Below, piece by piece: positions 27,382 through 36,528 of a stretch of 43,455 nucleotides of DNA (within the stretch, counting starts at the first letter, position 1; each line of letters opens with the position of its first letter). Source of the stretch: an uncultured Acidimicrobiaceae bacterium (GTDB lineage Bacteria > Actinomycetota > Acidimicrobiia > Spongiisociales > ZC4RG35); assembly GCA_964608055.1 (NCBI GenBank), contig CAZSMJ010000004.1, positions 1-43,455 of the forward strand, read 5' to 3'. Below the pieces are notes generated by a model. The model did no database searches. It had not been told where the DNA came from and saw only the letters and a program-made list of their open reading frames with translations. The position numbers and the translations under genes are program-made.

Positions 27382-27837
27382 TTGGAAGTACGAGACTTGC
27401 TATTGGTGCTGCACATTGCGGGCGCCGGCACCTGGTTGGGAGCCAACATCGTCCAGGCGGTGGTCCCGTCGTTGGCGTTCAAGCAGGCGGGGGCCGCTGC
27501 TTCGGGCTGGTATCGGATTGCCGGGCGCCTCTCGACTGTCCTCTACATGCCGGCGGCCATCGTCATCGTGCTCACCGGGATCGTCCTCGTGCTTCAGAGC
27601 GAGATCTACAGCTTCGGCACCCTCTTCGTGACCATCGGGTTCGCCACGATCGTGATCGGCGCCTTGCTCGGGATTTTCGTATTCGGCCCGGTCTCGAACA
27701 AGGCGGCCGACGCCATCGACGCCGGTGACGAGGCAGGCACCAAGGCTGCCACCAGCCGGCTGGCCACTTTCGGGGCCATAGACACCTTGCTGGTCCTGAC
27801 AACGATCACCGTGATGGTCCTCAAACTCACCCTCTGA
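27382..27837 (+). CDS. DUF2269-like four-TM membrane protein
   Basis: SD AAGGAGG; LLVLHIAGAGTWLGA, LTGIVLV and C-terminal VMVLK. Confidence 0.75.
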   Translation: MEVRDLLLVLHIAGAGTWLGANIVQAVVPSLAFKQAGAAASGWYRIAGRLSTVLYMPAAIVIVLTGIVLVLQSEIYSFGTLFVTIGFATIVIGALLGIFVFGPVSNKAADAIDAGDEAGTKAATSRLATFGAIDTLLVLTTITVMVLKLTL

Positions 27838-27840
27838 TCC

Positions 27841-29547
27841 CTACTCCGCCCTGCCGGTCCTGACATCGGGTGCCCCCATGCGGGCGGCGTCGGCGGTGTG
27901 ATCGTCAGGTTGTCGTTGAGAGTCGAGCTCCGCCTCGATCCGTGCCAGGTAGTGCTCGATCTCTCGCTCCACCATCTCGTGGTCCCACTCCAGCGGGCCG
28001 GCCATGATCTCGGCAGCGAGGGGGGCGGCGAGAGCGCCCCGGTCGGCGGTCTCGATCGAGATCCGGGTGCGGCGGGTGAGCACGTCGTCGAGATGGAGCG
28101 CACCTTCATGGGTCACCGCGTGGGCGATCTCCGCCCGAAGGTAGGGGGCGCCGTCGATCAGTCGCTCACCCAGGCTGGGGTCGGCCTCGATCGCCTCCAG
28201 CAAATCGAAGATTGAAGAGCCATGACGACTCAAGAGATGCTCGGCGACCTCCACGTCGAGGCCGAGCGTCTCACGCCGATTCCAAATATCCTCATAACCG
28301 GTCGCCCCCACCAGCGGAACCGTCTCGGTCCGTGAGGCTTGGTGCTCTCGGCCCTTGGTGGCGGCGTCGACAGCGTCTCGCGCCATCACCCGATAGGTGG
28401 TGTATTTGCCACCCGCCACCGTGATGAGACCGGTGCCGGACTCGATGACGGCATGTTCCCGGCTCAGCTTGCTGGTTTCGTCGGACTCTCCAACCAGGAG
28501 GGGGCGGAGCCCGGCGTAAACCCCCACCACGTCCTCGGGCCGGATCGGTGAGGCCAACACGGTGTTGACCCAGTGGAGCAGGTACTCGATGTCGCTCCGA
28601 CAAGCGGCGGGGTGCGCTCGTCGCAGCGACCATGGCGTGTCGGTGGTCCCGATGAGCCAGTGCCGGCCCCAGGGGATGACAAAGAGGACGCTGCTCTCGG
28701 TGCGAAGGATCATCCCGGTTTGGGAGTCGATGGCCTCGCGGGGAACGACGAGATGGACTCCTTTGGAGGCACGCACGTCCTGGCCCCGGTCGCCGGCCAT
28801 GGCCTGGATGTCGTCGCTCCAAACACCGCCCGCGGCAATCACCTTGTCGCCGCGGATCTCGAGTTCAGCGCCGCTCTCGAGGTCCTGCGCCCGGACCCCG
28901 GTGACCAACCCGTCCTCGAGTAGAAGACCGGTGGCGCGGGTGCTGGGGGCAAGTGCTGCCCCGTGTTCCTTGGCGGTCCGGGCCAGGGTCATGGTGTGCC
29001 TGGCATCGTCGACGAGGACATCCCAGTAGAGAACGCCACCTGTGAGCGATCCCTCCGCAAGCCCGGGCGCCAACTCGAGAGCCCTCCGGTGAGTGAGGTG
29101 GCGGTGGCGGGGGAGCGGGTTGTCGGTTCTCGAGGCGAGGGTGTCGTAGAGAAAGACCCCGGCGCCCACGTAGAGCCTCTCCCAGATCCGATGCTTCAGG
29201 GGGTAGAGGAAGGACACCGGCGTGCAGAGGTGGGGACAGAGCCGATTCAACATCAGGTTGCGCTCCGCGAGCGCCTCGGTGACCAGGGTGAAGTTGCGGT
29301 GCTCCAGATAGCGCAGACCACCGTGGAACAACTTGCTCGAACGACTCGAGGTGCCCGAGGCGTAGTCCCGCTGCTCGATCAAGGCCACGGACAGACCGCG
29401 GGTGGCCGCATCGACCGCAATGCCGCAACCGGTGACGCCGCCGCCGATCACGACGACGTCGAAGGTCTCGGAGCTCATTCGCCCCAGGTCCAGCGACCGC
29501 TGGGGGGCGTTGAGCTTGGACGATGGGTTGGGCTGACTCATGACCAT
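27841..29547 (-). CDS. glpD: Glycerol-3-phosphate dehydrogenase (FAD-dependent)
   Basis: VIGGGVTG, GTSSRSSKLFHGGLRYLE, SKGVHL, IGTTD, AGLRPL and GGKYTTYR. Confidence 0.93.
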   Translation of the reverse strand: MVMSQPNPSSKLNAPQRSLDLGRMSSETFDVVVIGGGVTGCGIAVDAATRGLSVALIEQRDYASGTSSRSSKLFHGGLRYLEHRNFTLVTEALAERNLMLNRLCPHLCTPVSFLYPLKHRIWERLYVGAGVFLYDTLASRTDNPLPRHRHLTHRRALELAPGLAEGSLTGGVLYWDVLVDDARHTMTLARTAKEHGAALAPSTRATGLLLEDGLVTGVRAQDLESGAELEIRGDKVIAAGGVWSDDIQAMAGDRGQDVRASKGVHLVVPREAIDSQTGMILRTESSVLFVIPWGRHWLIGTTDTPWSLRRAHPAACRSDIEYLLHWVNTVLASPIRPEDVVGVYAGLRPLLVGESDETSKLSREHAVIESGTGLITVAGGKYTTYRVMARDAVDAATKGREHQASRTETVPLVGATGYEDIWNRRETLGLDVEVAEHLLSRHGSSIFDLLEAIEADPSLGERLIDGAPYLRAEIAHAVTHEGALHLDDVLTRRTRISIETADRGALAAPLAAEIMAGPLEWDHEMVEREIEHYLARIEAELDSQRQPDDHTADAARMGAPDVRTGRAE

Positions 29548-29600
29548 GTCAGGTTTAGCCCGCCTGGGCCGCCTAACGGAGAGAGGAGTGGCGTCGTACG

Positions 29601-30515
29601 ATGCCGCCCATGCCAGACAAGCTCAAGGTGGGGGTGCAGCTCCCGGAAGTGGAGAGAGAAATCGGCTGGGTGGAATTGCGCGACGTGGCCCGGACGGCGG
29701 AGGAGGTTGGATTCGACTCGATCTGGCTCGGTGACCATCTCCTCTACCGCGACGAGGTGCAAGGGGTCAGCGGGCCATGGGAGACCTGGTCGTTGTTGGC
29801 CGCGCTCGGGGAGGCGACTGAGACAGTGAGCCTTGGGCCCCTGGTGGCCTCGACCTCCTTCCATGCCCCCGCGATGCTGGCGAAGAAGGCGGCCACAGTC
29901 GACGAGATCTCGGGCGGGCGGCTGATCCTCGGTCTAGGTGCGGGCTGGAACCGAGCCGAATACGAAGGCTTCGGGTTTCCCTTCGATCACCGCGTCGACC
30001 GGTTCGAGGAGGCGTTCACCATCATTCGAACCCTGCTCACCGATGGCCAGATCGACTTCGAGGGCGACTACTACACCGTGAGGGATGCCGAGTTGGCGCC
30101 GCGGGCGCGACCGGGCATTCCGATCCTGATCGGGTCCAATGGGGCACGGATGCTGGCAATCACCCTTCCCCATGTTGCCCTTTGGAACTCGTGGCACTCC
30201 TCGTTCGGCAACGAGGTTGCCGGTTTGCGCCCGCTCCTGGAACGGATCGATGCTGCCTGCGTGGCGGCGGGTCGTGACCCGGGTGAGGTCGAGAAGACGG
30301 CCACTGTCTACATCCAGCTCCCCGGAGGAACAGGTCGGATCACGGGTCATGGCGTCATCGAGTCGGACCGAGCCCAAGCCGGGTCCCGCCAGGATTTGGC
30401 TCAACTCTTGGACGAGTACGCGGACGCCGGGCTGGGCCAGGTCCAACTGGTTCTCGATCCGATCGACGCAAGCACCGTCGAGGAGATGGGCGAAGTGCTG
30501 CGCCTCATCGATTGA
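29601..30515 (+). CDS. LLM class (probably F420-dependent) oxidoreductase
   Basis: GFDSIWLGDHL, LAKKAATVDEISGGRLILGLGAGW and PILIGSNG. Confidence 0.9.
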   Translation: MPPMPDKLKVGVQLPEVEREIGWVELRDVARTAEEVGFDSIWLGDHLLYRDEVQGVSGPWETWSLLAALGEATETVSLGPLVASTSFHAPAMLAKKAATVDEISGGRLILGLGAGWNRAEYEGFGFPFDHRVDRFEEAFTIIRTLLTDGQIDFEGDYYTVRDAELAPRARPGIPILIGSNGARMLAITLPHVALWNSWHSSFGNEVAGLRPLLERIDAACVAAGRDPGEVEKTATVYIQLPGGTGRITGHGVIESDRAQAGSRQDLAQLLDEYADAGLGQVQLVLDPIDASTVEEMGEVLRLID

Positions 30516-30539
30516 GTAGGGTCCGCGATCCGAGGTGCC

Positions 30540-31169
30540 ATGAAGCTGACCACGTCCAGTTTTCGCAATGGTGGTCCGATTCCGGATCGCTACGCATTGG
30601 CCACTCCCGATCTCGACGCCCACTTCACGTTTTCGGAGAACGTCAACCCGGAGTTGAGCTGGGACGAGGTGCCCGAAGGGACTAGGTCCTTCGCGATCAT
30701 CACTCACGACCCCGACGTCCCTTCACGCGGCGACGATGTGAATCAAGCGGGCCGGGAGGTGCCCTACGACCTGCCCCGGGTCGACTTCTTCCATTGGGTG
30801 ACAGTGGAGCTGCCGCCCGAGCTTCGTTCCATCGCCGAGGGTGAGTTTTGCATCGGGGTCATGCCTCACGGGAAGAACGTCGCCCTTGGCCCACGTGGCT
30901 GCCGTCAGGGCCTCAACGATTTCACGGGTTGGTTCGCTGGTGACCCTGACATGGCCGGGAAGTACTTCGGATACGACGGACCGGCGCCGCCCTGGAACGA
31001 CTCGATTCTTCATCACTACATCTTCACGGTTTACGCCCTCGATATCGAGGAGGTGCCGGTGGTGGGTGAGTTCACAGGCCAGCAGGTGAGGGATGCGATC
31101 GCGGGCCATGCCCTCGATCAAGCCTCGGTGACGGGCACTTACACCCAGAACCCCCGTCTCCGCTCCTAG
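30540..31169 (+). CDS. YbhB/YbcL family (PEBP) protein
   Basis: NPELSW, HDPDVP, FFHW, YDGPAPPWND and HHYIFTVYALD. Confidence 0.92.
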   Translation: MKLTTSSFRNGGPIPDRYALATPDLDAHFTFSENVNPELSWDEVPEGTRSFAIITHDPDVPSRGDDVNQAGREVPYDLPRVDFFHWVTVELPPELRSIAEGEFCIGVMPHGKNVALGPRGCRQGLNDFTGWFAGDPDMAGKYFGYDGPAPPWNDSILHHYIFTVYALDIEEVPVVGEFTGQQVRDAIAGHALDQASVTGTYTQNPRLRS

Positions 31170-31176
31170 CCGAGGG

Positions 31177-32010
31177 TCATCGAGCGACCGCAGGCGCTCC
31201 CTGGCCCAGCGACCTGATGGTCAGGACCACGAAGAACAAGACGATCGGGACCACAGCGATGGTGGCCGAGCCCGATGTGTCGGCGTGATAGCTGATCACC
31301 AGGCCAATCGCCACCGAGAGGACTCCGATGGCGGCGGCCGTCATCATCATCGCCGGCACCCGTTTGACCAGCAGAGCCGCGGTTGCCGCCGGTCCCACCA
31401 GAAGCCCGAAGACCAGGAGCGTGCCGACTGTCTGGAACGAACCGACGATCGAGACTGTGGTCAGCCCGAGGAGGGCGAGATGGGCGAGACGCGGATTCAG
31501 GCCGAGCAGCTTCGCCTTGTGCTCGTTGAACGACAAGACCAAGAAGTTCCGGTAGAGGAGCGTGGAGACCACGAGTACCAAACCGGCAACGACCCCGAGC
31601 ACGATCAGATCCTCGGCGGTCACCCCCAACGCATCCCCGAACAGGATTCCGGTGAGACTTCCGGTGTAGGACTCGCTACGCGAGATCAGGATCACTCCGA
31701 GCCCCAGCATTCCCACGAACAACAGGCCGATGCCGGTGTCTTCGGAGAATGTGGTCTGGCGATGTACGAGGTTGATCCCCGCGATCATGACCGTGGCAGC
31801 CAATGCAGCGCCCAGGAGCACGTTGAAGTCGAGGAGGATCGCCAGGGCGATCCCCGGGATCACACCGTGGACCAATGCGTCACCGAGGAAGGTCATACCC
31901 CTGATCACGACCCAGGTGCCAACCACGGCCAGGGCCAGGGCAGCGAGCGCGCCACCGACCAGGGCTCGCTGCTGGAAAGCGAGAGCGAAGGGCTCGGTCA
32001 GCCAATCCAT
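31177..32010 (-). CDS. Zn/Mn ABC transporter permease (AztB/ZnuB-like)
   Basis: RGMTFLGDALVHGVIPG, EDTGIG, ILFGD and VGTLLVFGLL. Confidence 0.92.
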   Translation of the reverse strand: MDWLTEPFALAFQQRALVGGALAALALAVVGTWVVIRGMTFLGDALVHGVIPGIALAILLDFNVLLGAALAATVMIAGINLVHRQTTFSEDTGIGLLFVGMLGLGVILISRSESYTGSLTGILFGDALGVTAEDLIVLGVVAGLVLVVSTLLYRNFLVLSFNEHKAKLLGLNPRLAHLALLGLTTVSIVGSFQTVGTLLVFGLLVGPAATAALLVKRVPAMMMTAAAIGVLSVAIGLVISYHADTSGSATIAVVPIVLFFVVLTIRSLGQGAPAVAR

Positions 32011-32043
32011 TGGTCAACTGAAGGTAGCGGTCGGCCTACCCCG

Positions 32044-32091
32044 TAATTGGGACGGTGAGGGGTCACATACGGCCCTGTAGAACCCAATTTC
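32044..32091 (-). repeat. 48-bp palindromic dispersed element, copy B
   Basis: Minus strand reads GAAATTGGGTT-ctac-AGGGCCGTATGTGACCCCT-caccg-TCCCAATTA and abuts the SBP stop codon. Confidence 0.8.
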
Positions 32092-33016
32092 ATCTGAGAG
32101 CTGCCGCGATTCGCTCCGCGTCGATGCGAAGCATGTCGATGACGGTCTCTGCCCCCGAGCCGGAAGGCCCGAGCGAATCGGTGAAAAGCTCGACTACTTC
32201 GACAGTTCCACCGATTTCGTCCGCTACTGCGACGGCGAGCACAGCTGGATCGATGGTCTCGGCGAAGATGACTCGGACACCCTGTTCCTGCATCACGTCG
32301 ACCAAGGTCGCCAGCTCCGCCGAGCTCGGCTCGGCCAGGGTCGACCCGCCGGGGATGACAACGCCGACCACATCGAACCCGTAACGATCGGCCAAGTAGC
32401 CGAGGGCGTCGTGGTTGGTCACCAATTTGCGGTCGGGCTCGGCGATCGCGCCGAAGAGGGCCTCGATCTCGGAATCGAGAGTTCGCAGCTCCGCGGCGTA
32501 ACCGGAGGATCGAGTCGCCCAGTTGATCGAGGGGTCGACCTCGGCAAGGGCGTCTGCGATCACCTCGGCGGCGGTCGCCACCCGGAGCGGGTCGGTCCAG
32601 AAGTGGGGATCGTCCTGAGCTTCGTCGGGCCCGCTCTCTGCAAACGGGATCGGGTCGACTAGCGGCGCTACCTCGAGCACGTTGGCGCCGTCAGCCTCGG
32701 CGGCCTCGATCACGTCGATCATCCCTTCCTCCAGACCGAGTCCGTTGGCGATCACCAGGTCGGCGTCGTTGATCGAGGCAACCTGTTGTGAGGACGGTTG
32801 GAAATCGTGGGGGTCGGCCCCGGTCGGCATCAGCACCTCGACCACTGCATCATCGCCGGCGACGGCCAAGGCGATATCCCCGAGGATTGTCGTCGTTGCC
32901 ACGACCAGAACCCCCGGTGGTTGGGTGTCTTCAGTGGTGGAGCTTGGGGCGTCCGTGCATCCGGTGAGGAGCGTGGCCATGAAGACCAAGGCGATGGGGA
33001 TTCGACGTGCTTTCAC
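32090..33016 (-). CDS. Zn/Mn ABC transporter substrate-binding lipoprotein (AztC/ZnuA-like)
   Basis: Lipobox LLTGC, GADPHDF, NGLGLE, DPHFW and TNHDALGY. Confidence 0.92.
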   Translation of the reverse strand: MKARRIPIALVFMATLLTGCTDAPSSTTEDTQPPGVLVVATTTILGDIALAVAGDDAVVEVLMPTGADPHDFQPSSQQVASINDADLVIANGLGLEEGMIDVIEAAEADGANVLEVAPLVDPIPFAESGPDEAQDDPHFWTDPLRVATAAEVIADALAEVDPSINWATRSSGYAAELRTLDSEIEALFGAIAEPDRKLVTNHDALGYLADRYGFDVVGVVIPGGSTLAEPSSAELATLVDVMQEQGVRVIFAETIDPAVLAVAVADEIGGTVEVVELFTDSLGPSGSGAETVIDMLRIDAERIAAALR

Positions 33017-33038
33017 GAGCCACTCCAACTATCAAAAC

Positions 33039-33053
33039 TGAGAATCATTATCA
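33039..33053. promoter_or_regulatory. Fur-family (Zur) 7-1-7 operator
   Basis: TGAGAAT-C-ATTATCA, one mismatch from a perfect palindrome, in the AT-rich divergent spacer between the SBP gene and the regulator. Confidence 0.8.
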
Positions 33054-33081
33054 AGATAGTAGCAGTTATGATGTGAACCAA

Positions 33082-33525
33082 ATGACGACTGGCAGCACCA
33101 TCGATCGCGAGATCGAGGCACGTCTCGGCGAAGCGGGAGTGCGCTACACCCGCGCTCGCCGCGCCGTGGTGGGGGCATTGGCCAGGGCCGATGGGCCCCG
33201 ATCCGCCTCCGAGCTTCACGAGGAGATGGAGCAGGGTGTGCCGCTCTCGTCGCTCTATCGGAGTCTGAGTGTCCTCGACGAGGCTGGTGTCCTCGAGCCG
33301 CACAACAGTCTCAAAGGCCTCACCAGGTACGAGCTCGCCGAATGGCTCGCCGGCCATCATCACCATCTGGTGTGTCTGAGCTGCGGGACCGTCGAGGACA
33401 TCCAACTCTCAGCAGAGATCGAGGCTCGTCTCGAGCAACTGGTGGAGACCGTAACCGACGAGATGTCGTTCTCGGCCAGCGGTCACACTCTCGAGGTCCA
33501 TGGGCGTTGCGCCCGGTGTGTGTGA
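33082..33525 (+). CDS. Fur family regulator, probably Zur
   Basis: YTRARRAV, SSLYRSL, HHHHLVCLSCG and C-terminal CARC; sits inside a Zn ABC locus. Confidence 0.9.
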   Translation: MTTGSTIDREIEARLGEAGVRYTRARRAVVGALARADGPRSASELHEEMEQGVPLSSLYRSLSVLDEAGVLEPHNSLKGLTRYELAEWLAGHHHHLVCLSCGTVEDIQLSAEIEARLEQLVETVTDEMSFSASGHTLEVHGRCARCV

Positions 33526-34313
33526 GAGCAGCGGTCACCGCCGACGATCTCATCCTCGCCTACGGGCACAAGATCGCCCTGGACAGCTCTCGGTTCGAGA
33601 TCCCGGTCGGCGGAATCACCGCGTTGATAGGACCCAACGGTTCCGGCAAGTCAACGCTGTTGAACGCCATCGCAGGGCTAATCGAGCCCGCTTCGGGGAC
33701 CATCGAGGTGATGACAGGCGGTGATGGCGCCCGGTCGATCTCGTACGTGCTGCAGACAACCAAGGTCAACGAGGCACTGCCGATAACCGTCCGGGAGGTG
33801 GTGACCATGGGCCGATATGCGACGACCGGTGGTCATCGACGTCTCGATTCCAGCGACGTGGCGGCCGTAGACGAAGCCATCCGTCGAATGGGGATCGCTG
33901 ATCTCGAGGATCGGCATCTGGGCGATCTCTCCGGGGGTCAGCGTCAGCGCGTGTTCGTGGCGCAGGGTTTGGCTCAGGACCACGACATCCTGCTGCTGGA
34001 CGAGCCCCTCACCGGGCTCGACATCACATCGGCTCAGGCGATCGACGACGTGATCCACGACGAGAACACACGGGGCTGCACCATCGTCATGACCACCCAT
34101 GACCTCGCGGAGGCGCATGTGGCCAACCACGTTCTCTTGCTCTCAGGCCGGGTGTTGGCATGGGGCCCGCCCGAAGAGGTGCTCAGTGTGGAGAACCTGA
34201 GCGCGGCCTACGGGGCGAACCTACTCCACGTGGAAGGCCAGCAGTTGTTCATCGACGACCCGGCACACCGGCCGGTGCCCGGCCGGCATGTGCATCGGGA
34301 TCGATCGACTTAG
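33522..34313 (+). CDS. Zn/Mn ABC transporter ATP-binding protein
   Basis: GPNGSGKS, LSGGQRQR, LLLDEP and THDL. GTGA overlap with the regulator. Confidence 0.92.
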   Translation: MRAAVTADDLILAYGHKIALDSSRFEIPVGGITALIGPNGSGKSTLLNAIAGLIEPASGTIEVMTGGDGARSISYVLQTTKVNEALPITVREVVTMGRYATTGGHRRLDSSDVAAVDEAIRRMGIADLEDRHLGDLSGGQRQRVFVAQGLAQDHDILLLDEPLTGLDITSAQAIDDVIHDENTRGCTIVMTTHDLAEAHVANHVLLLSGRVLAWGPPEEVLSVENLSAAYGANLLHVEGQQLFIDDPAHRPVPGRHVHRDRST

Positions 34314-34573
34314 CGTCCCCGGCGGGGGCGCTCTTCGCGGGGGCGGGCCTCGTTGACCTTCAGGGCGCGGCCGTTGTAGTCGTACCCGTCGAGCTCCGAG
34401 ATCGCCTTGGAGCCTTCATCGTTCGGCATCTCGACGAAACCAAAGCCGCGGGAACGGCCGGTCTCCCGGTCGTTGATGATCGCGGCGGATTCGACGGTTC
34501 CGTACTCACCGAAGAGAGTCTCCAGGTCCTGAGCCGTTGCGTTGAACGGCAGGTTTCCCACGTAGATGTTCAT
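34310..34573 (-). CDS. RRM-domain RNA-binding protein
   Basis: RNP2 IYVGNL, RNP1 RGFGFVEM and LKVNEARPR. Confidence 0.95.
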   Translation of the reverse strand: MNIYVGNLPFNATAQDLETLFGEYGTVESAAIINDRETGRSRGFGFVEMPNDEGSKAISELDGYDYNGRALKVNEARPREERPRRGR

Positions 34574-34720
34574 GGTGACTGGTCCTTGTCTATGTGGCCC
34601 TTGCGGGCTTTACGTCGCAATTCGGTACGACCCTTGTCCTCAGCCCAGTCAATTCAGAACGGGGAGATCAGAACGAGTCGCCGCCGAGGCAGCAACAGCG
34701 CCGGGAGGATAACAGAGCGA

Positions 34721-35230
34721 TCAGATTTCTGTCACCGTGACTTTGTTGATGATGACGTCCTCGGTTGGCCTGTCCCGTCGGTCGGTTTCGGTGCATGCGA
34801 TGGAGTCGACAACTTCGAGACCGGAGGTCACCTTTCCGAAGATCGTGTAGGAATGGGGGAGGCCCGCGTCCTTGTGGCAGATGAAGAATTGGGAGCCATT
34901 GGTGCTGGGTCCGGCATTGGCCATAGCCACCGTTCCCCGGGAGTAGTTGCCCTCTCCCTCGAGCTCATCGCGGAACTTGTACCCGGGGCCGCCGGACCCG
35001 GTTCCGGTCGGATCACCGCCCTGAATCATGAAGTCCTCGATGACTCGATGGAAGATCACGCCGTCGTAGTAGCCCTCGCGGCTCAGGAAGACGAAGTTGT
35101 TCACCGCCAACGGTGACCGCACCGCGTCGAACTCGATTTCGATCACGCCTTGATTCGTCTCGAGGGTTGCGGAGTAGGTCTTGTCGAGATCGATGATCAA
35201 GTCGGGGGCGCTCGGATACTGGTTGGCCAT
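34721..35230 (-). CDS. Cyclophilin-type peptidyl-prolyl isomerase
   Basis: FHRVIEDFMIQGGDPTGTGSGGPGY and AMANAGPSTNGSQFFI. Start trimmed to MANQYP. Confidence 0.95.
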   Translation of the reverse strand: MANQYPSAPDLIIDLDKTYSATLETNQGVIEIEFDAVRSPLAVNNFVFLSREGYYDGVIFHRVIEDFMIQGGDPTGTGSGGPGYKFRDELEGEGNYSRGTVAMANAGPSTNGSQFFICHKDAGLPHSYTIFGKVTSGLEVVDSIACTETDRRDRPTEDVIINKVTVTEI

Positions 35231-35262
35231 GATGCTCTGCTTTCTGAAGTTCGAGAGGGATC

Positions 35263-35844
35263 TCAGCTGACGAAGTAGGCGGGAGTGTTTCCGCTGCGCC
35301 ACTTGATCGAGCACCCCATCGACGGGCGCTGGACTTCGCTCACCGGCTCCCCGGTCAGGACCGCGTTGGCTGCGGCGCGGAGATCGTTGCCGGTCACCGG
35401 GATCTCGTTGGAGGGTCGTGCGCTGTCGAACTGACCGCGGTAGACGAGACGCCGGTCGCGGTCGAAGAGGAAGAAGTCAGGGGTGCACATGGCAGTGAAG
35501 GCCGCGGCTGCGGTCTGCTCGCTGTCGAAAAGGTAAGGAAAGGTGTAGCCGTAGGTCTCGGCCTCAACCTTCATGGCCTCGGGGGAATCCTCGGCGTGCT
35601 GTTGCGGGTCGTTGGAGTTGATGGCAACGATCGCCAGCCCACTGTCCTGGTGGTCGCGTCCGAAGCGAGCCAACTCGTCTCGTACATGCTTGACATACGG
35701 GCAGTGATTGCAGATGAACATGACCAGCAGTGCCGGAGCGTCCACGTAATCAGCCAGGGACATCGTCTTTCCGGTGACACTGTCCGGAAGCGAGAAGTCT
35801 GGTGCCTCGGTGCCCAGGGCGAGCATGGTTGAAGTGACAGCCAT
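35263..35844 (-). CDS. Thioredoxin-fold (AhpC/TSA-like) protein
   Basis: APDFSLPD, FICNHCPYV, CTPDFF and PSMGCSIKW. Confidence 0.92.
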   Translation of the reverse strand: MAVTSTMLALGTEAPDFSLPDSVTGKTMSLADYVDAPALLVMFICNHCPYVKHVRDELARFGRDHQDSGLAIVAINSNDPQQHAEDSPEAMKVEAETYGYTFPYLFDSEQTAAAAFTAMCTPDFFLFDRDRRLVYRGQFDSARPSNEIPVTGNDLRAAANAVLTGEPVSEVQRPSMGCSIKWRSGNTPAYFVS

Positions 35845-35881
35845 CGGTTTGGATCCTTCTGTTGAAGTCGGTTCTCGAAGT

Positions 35882-36491
35882 CTACGGCGGGTCGAACCTT
35901 GCGATCACATCAGCGAAAGTCTCCAGGCTTGCTCGCTGTTGGCGAGATTGACTATGGAATGGGTAGCGCCGGCGTGGTGATAGGACTCGAACAGACTCAC
36001 CAGGTCGTCCACTGTGCCTGCGTTGTTGCGCGCTGAGTACTCGTCCGCCGACTGATCGCGTCCCCGAGCCTGGTCGACCCTCTCGGCGAGGTCTTTGCGA
36101 TCACGGCCAACCATCACCGTGAGGAGATGGGTGGCCTCGATCTCTGCGGGGTCACGTCCGACGTCTGAGCAGTGCTGGCGCAAGATCTCCAGCTTGCGGG
36201 ATACGGTTTCGGGTGTGCCGAAGAGACTGCAGGCGTCTGCGCGCCGGCAACGAGCGCGAGGGTCTTGCGCTCTCCGGAGCCGCCGATCGTGATCGGGATC
36301 CGTCGCTCCAGGATGTCGAAGGCGGCCGGACTGGCGCGTTGGTCGTCCTCGCCGCTGCCGACAAGGGCTCGGAGCCGGTCCGAGGAGACGATTTCATCTG
36401 CCCGGAAGTGGTCCTGCGCCCAAGTCGTCTTGCCCGAACCGGACGGTCCGACCAACACGACAAGGCTCGGGGCGGGGAGACGAAGCTCCAT
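35882..36491 (-). pseudogene. Degraded P-loop kinase (AAA_33-like) / LLM oxidoreductase fusion gene
   Basis: LVGPSGSGKT...VSSDRLR joins directly to the LLM C-terminal IPITIGGSGERKTL (large internal deletion near 36300). Frameshift near 36245 (to ADACSLFG) and another near 35930 (to SLETFADVIARFDPP*). Confidence 0.75.
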
Positions 36492-36528
36492 GGGACGGTT
36501 CTAGTCAACCGATCGGTAACCTGTCGAT

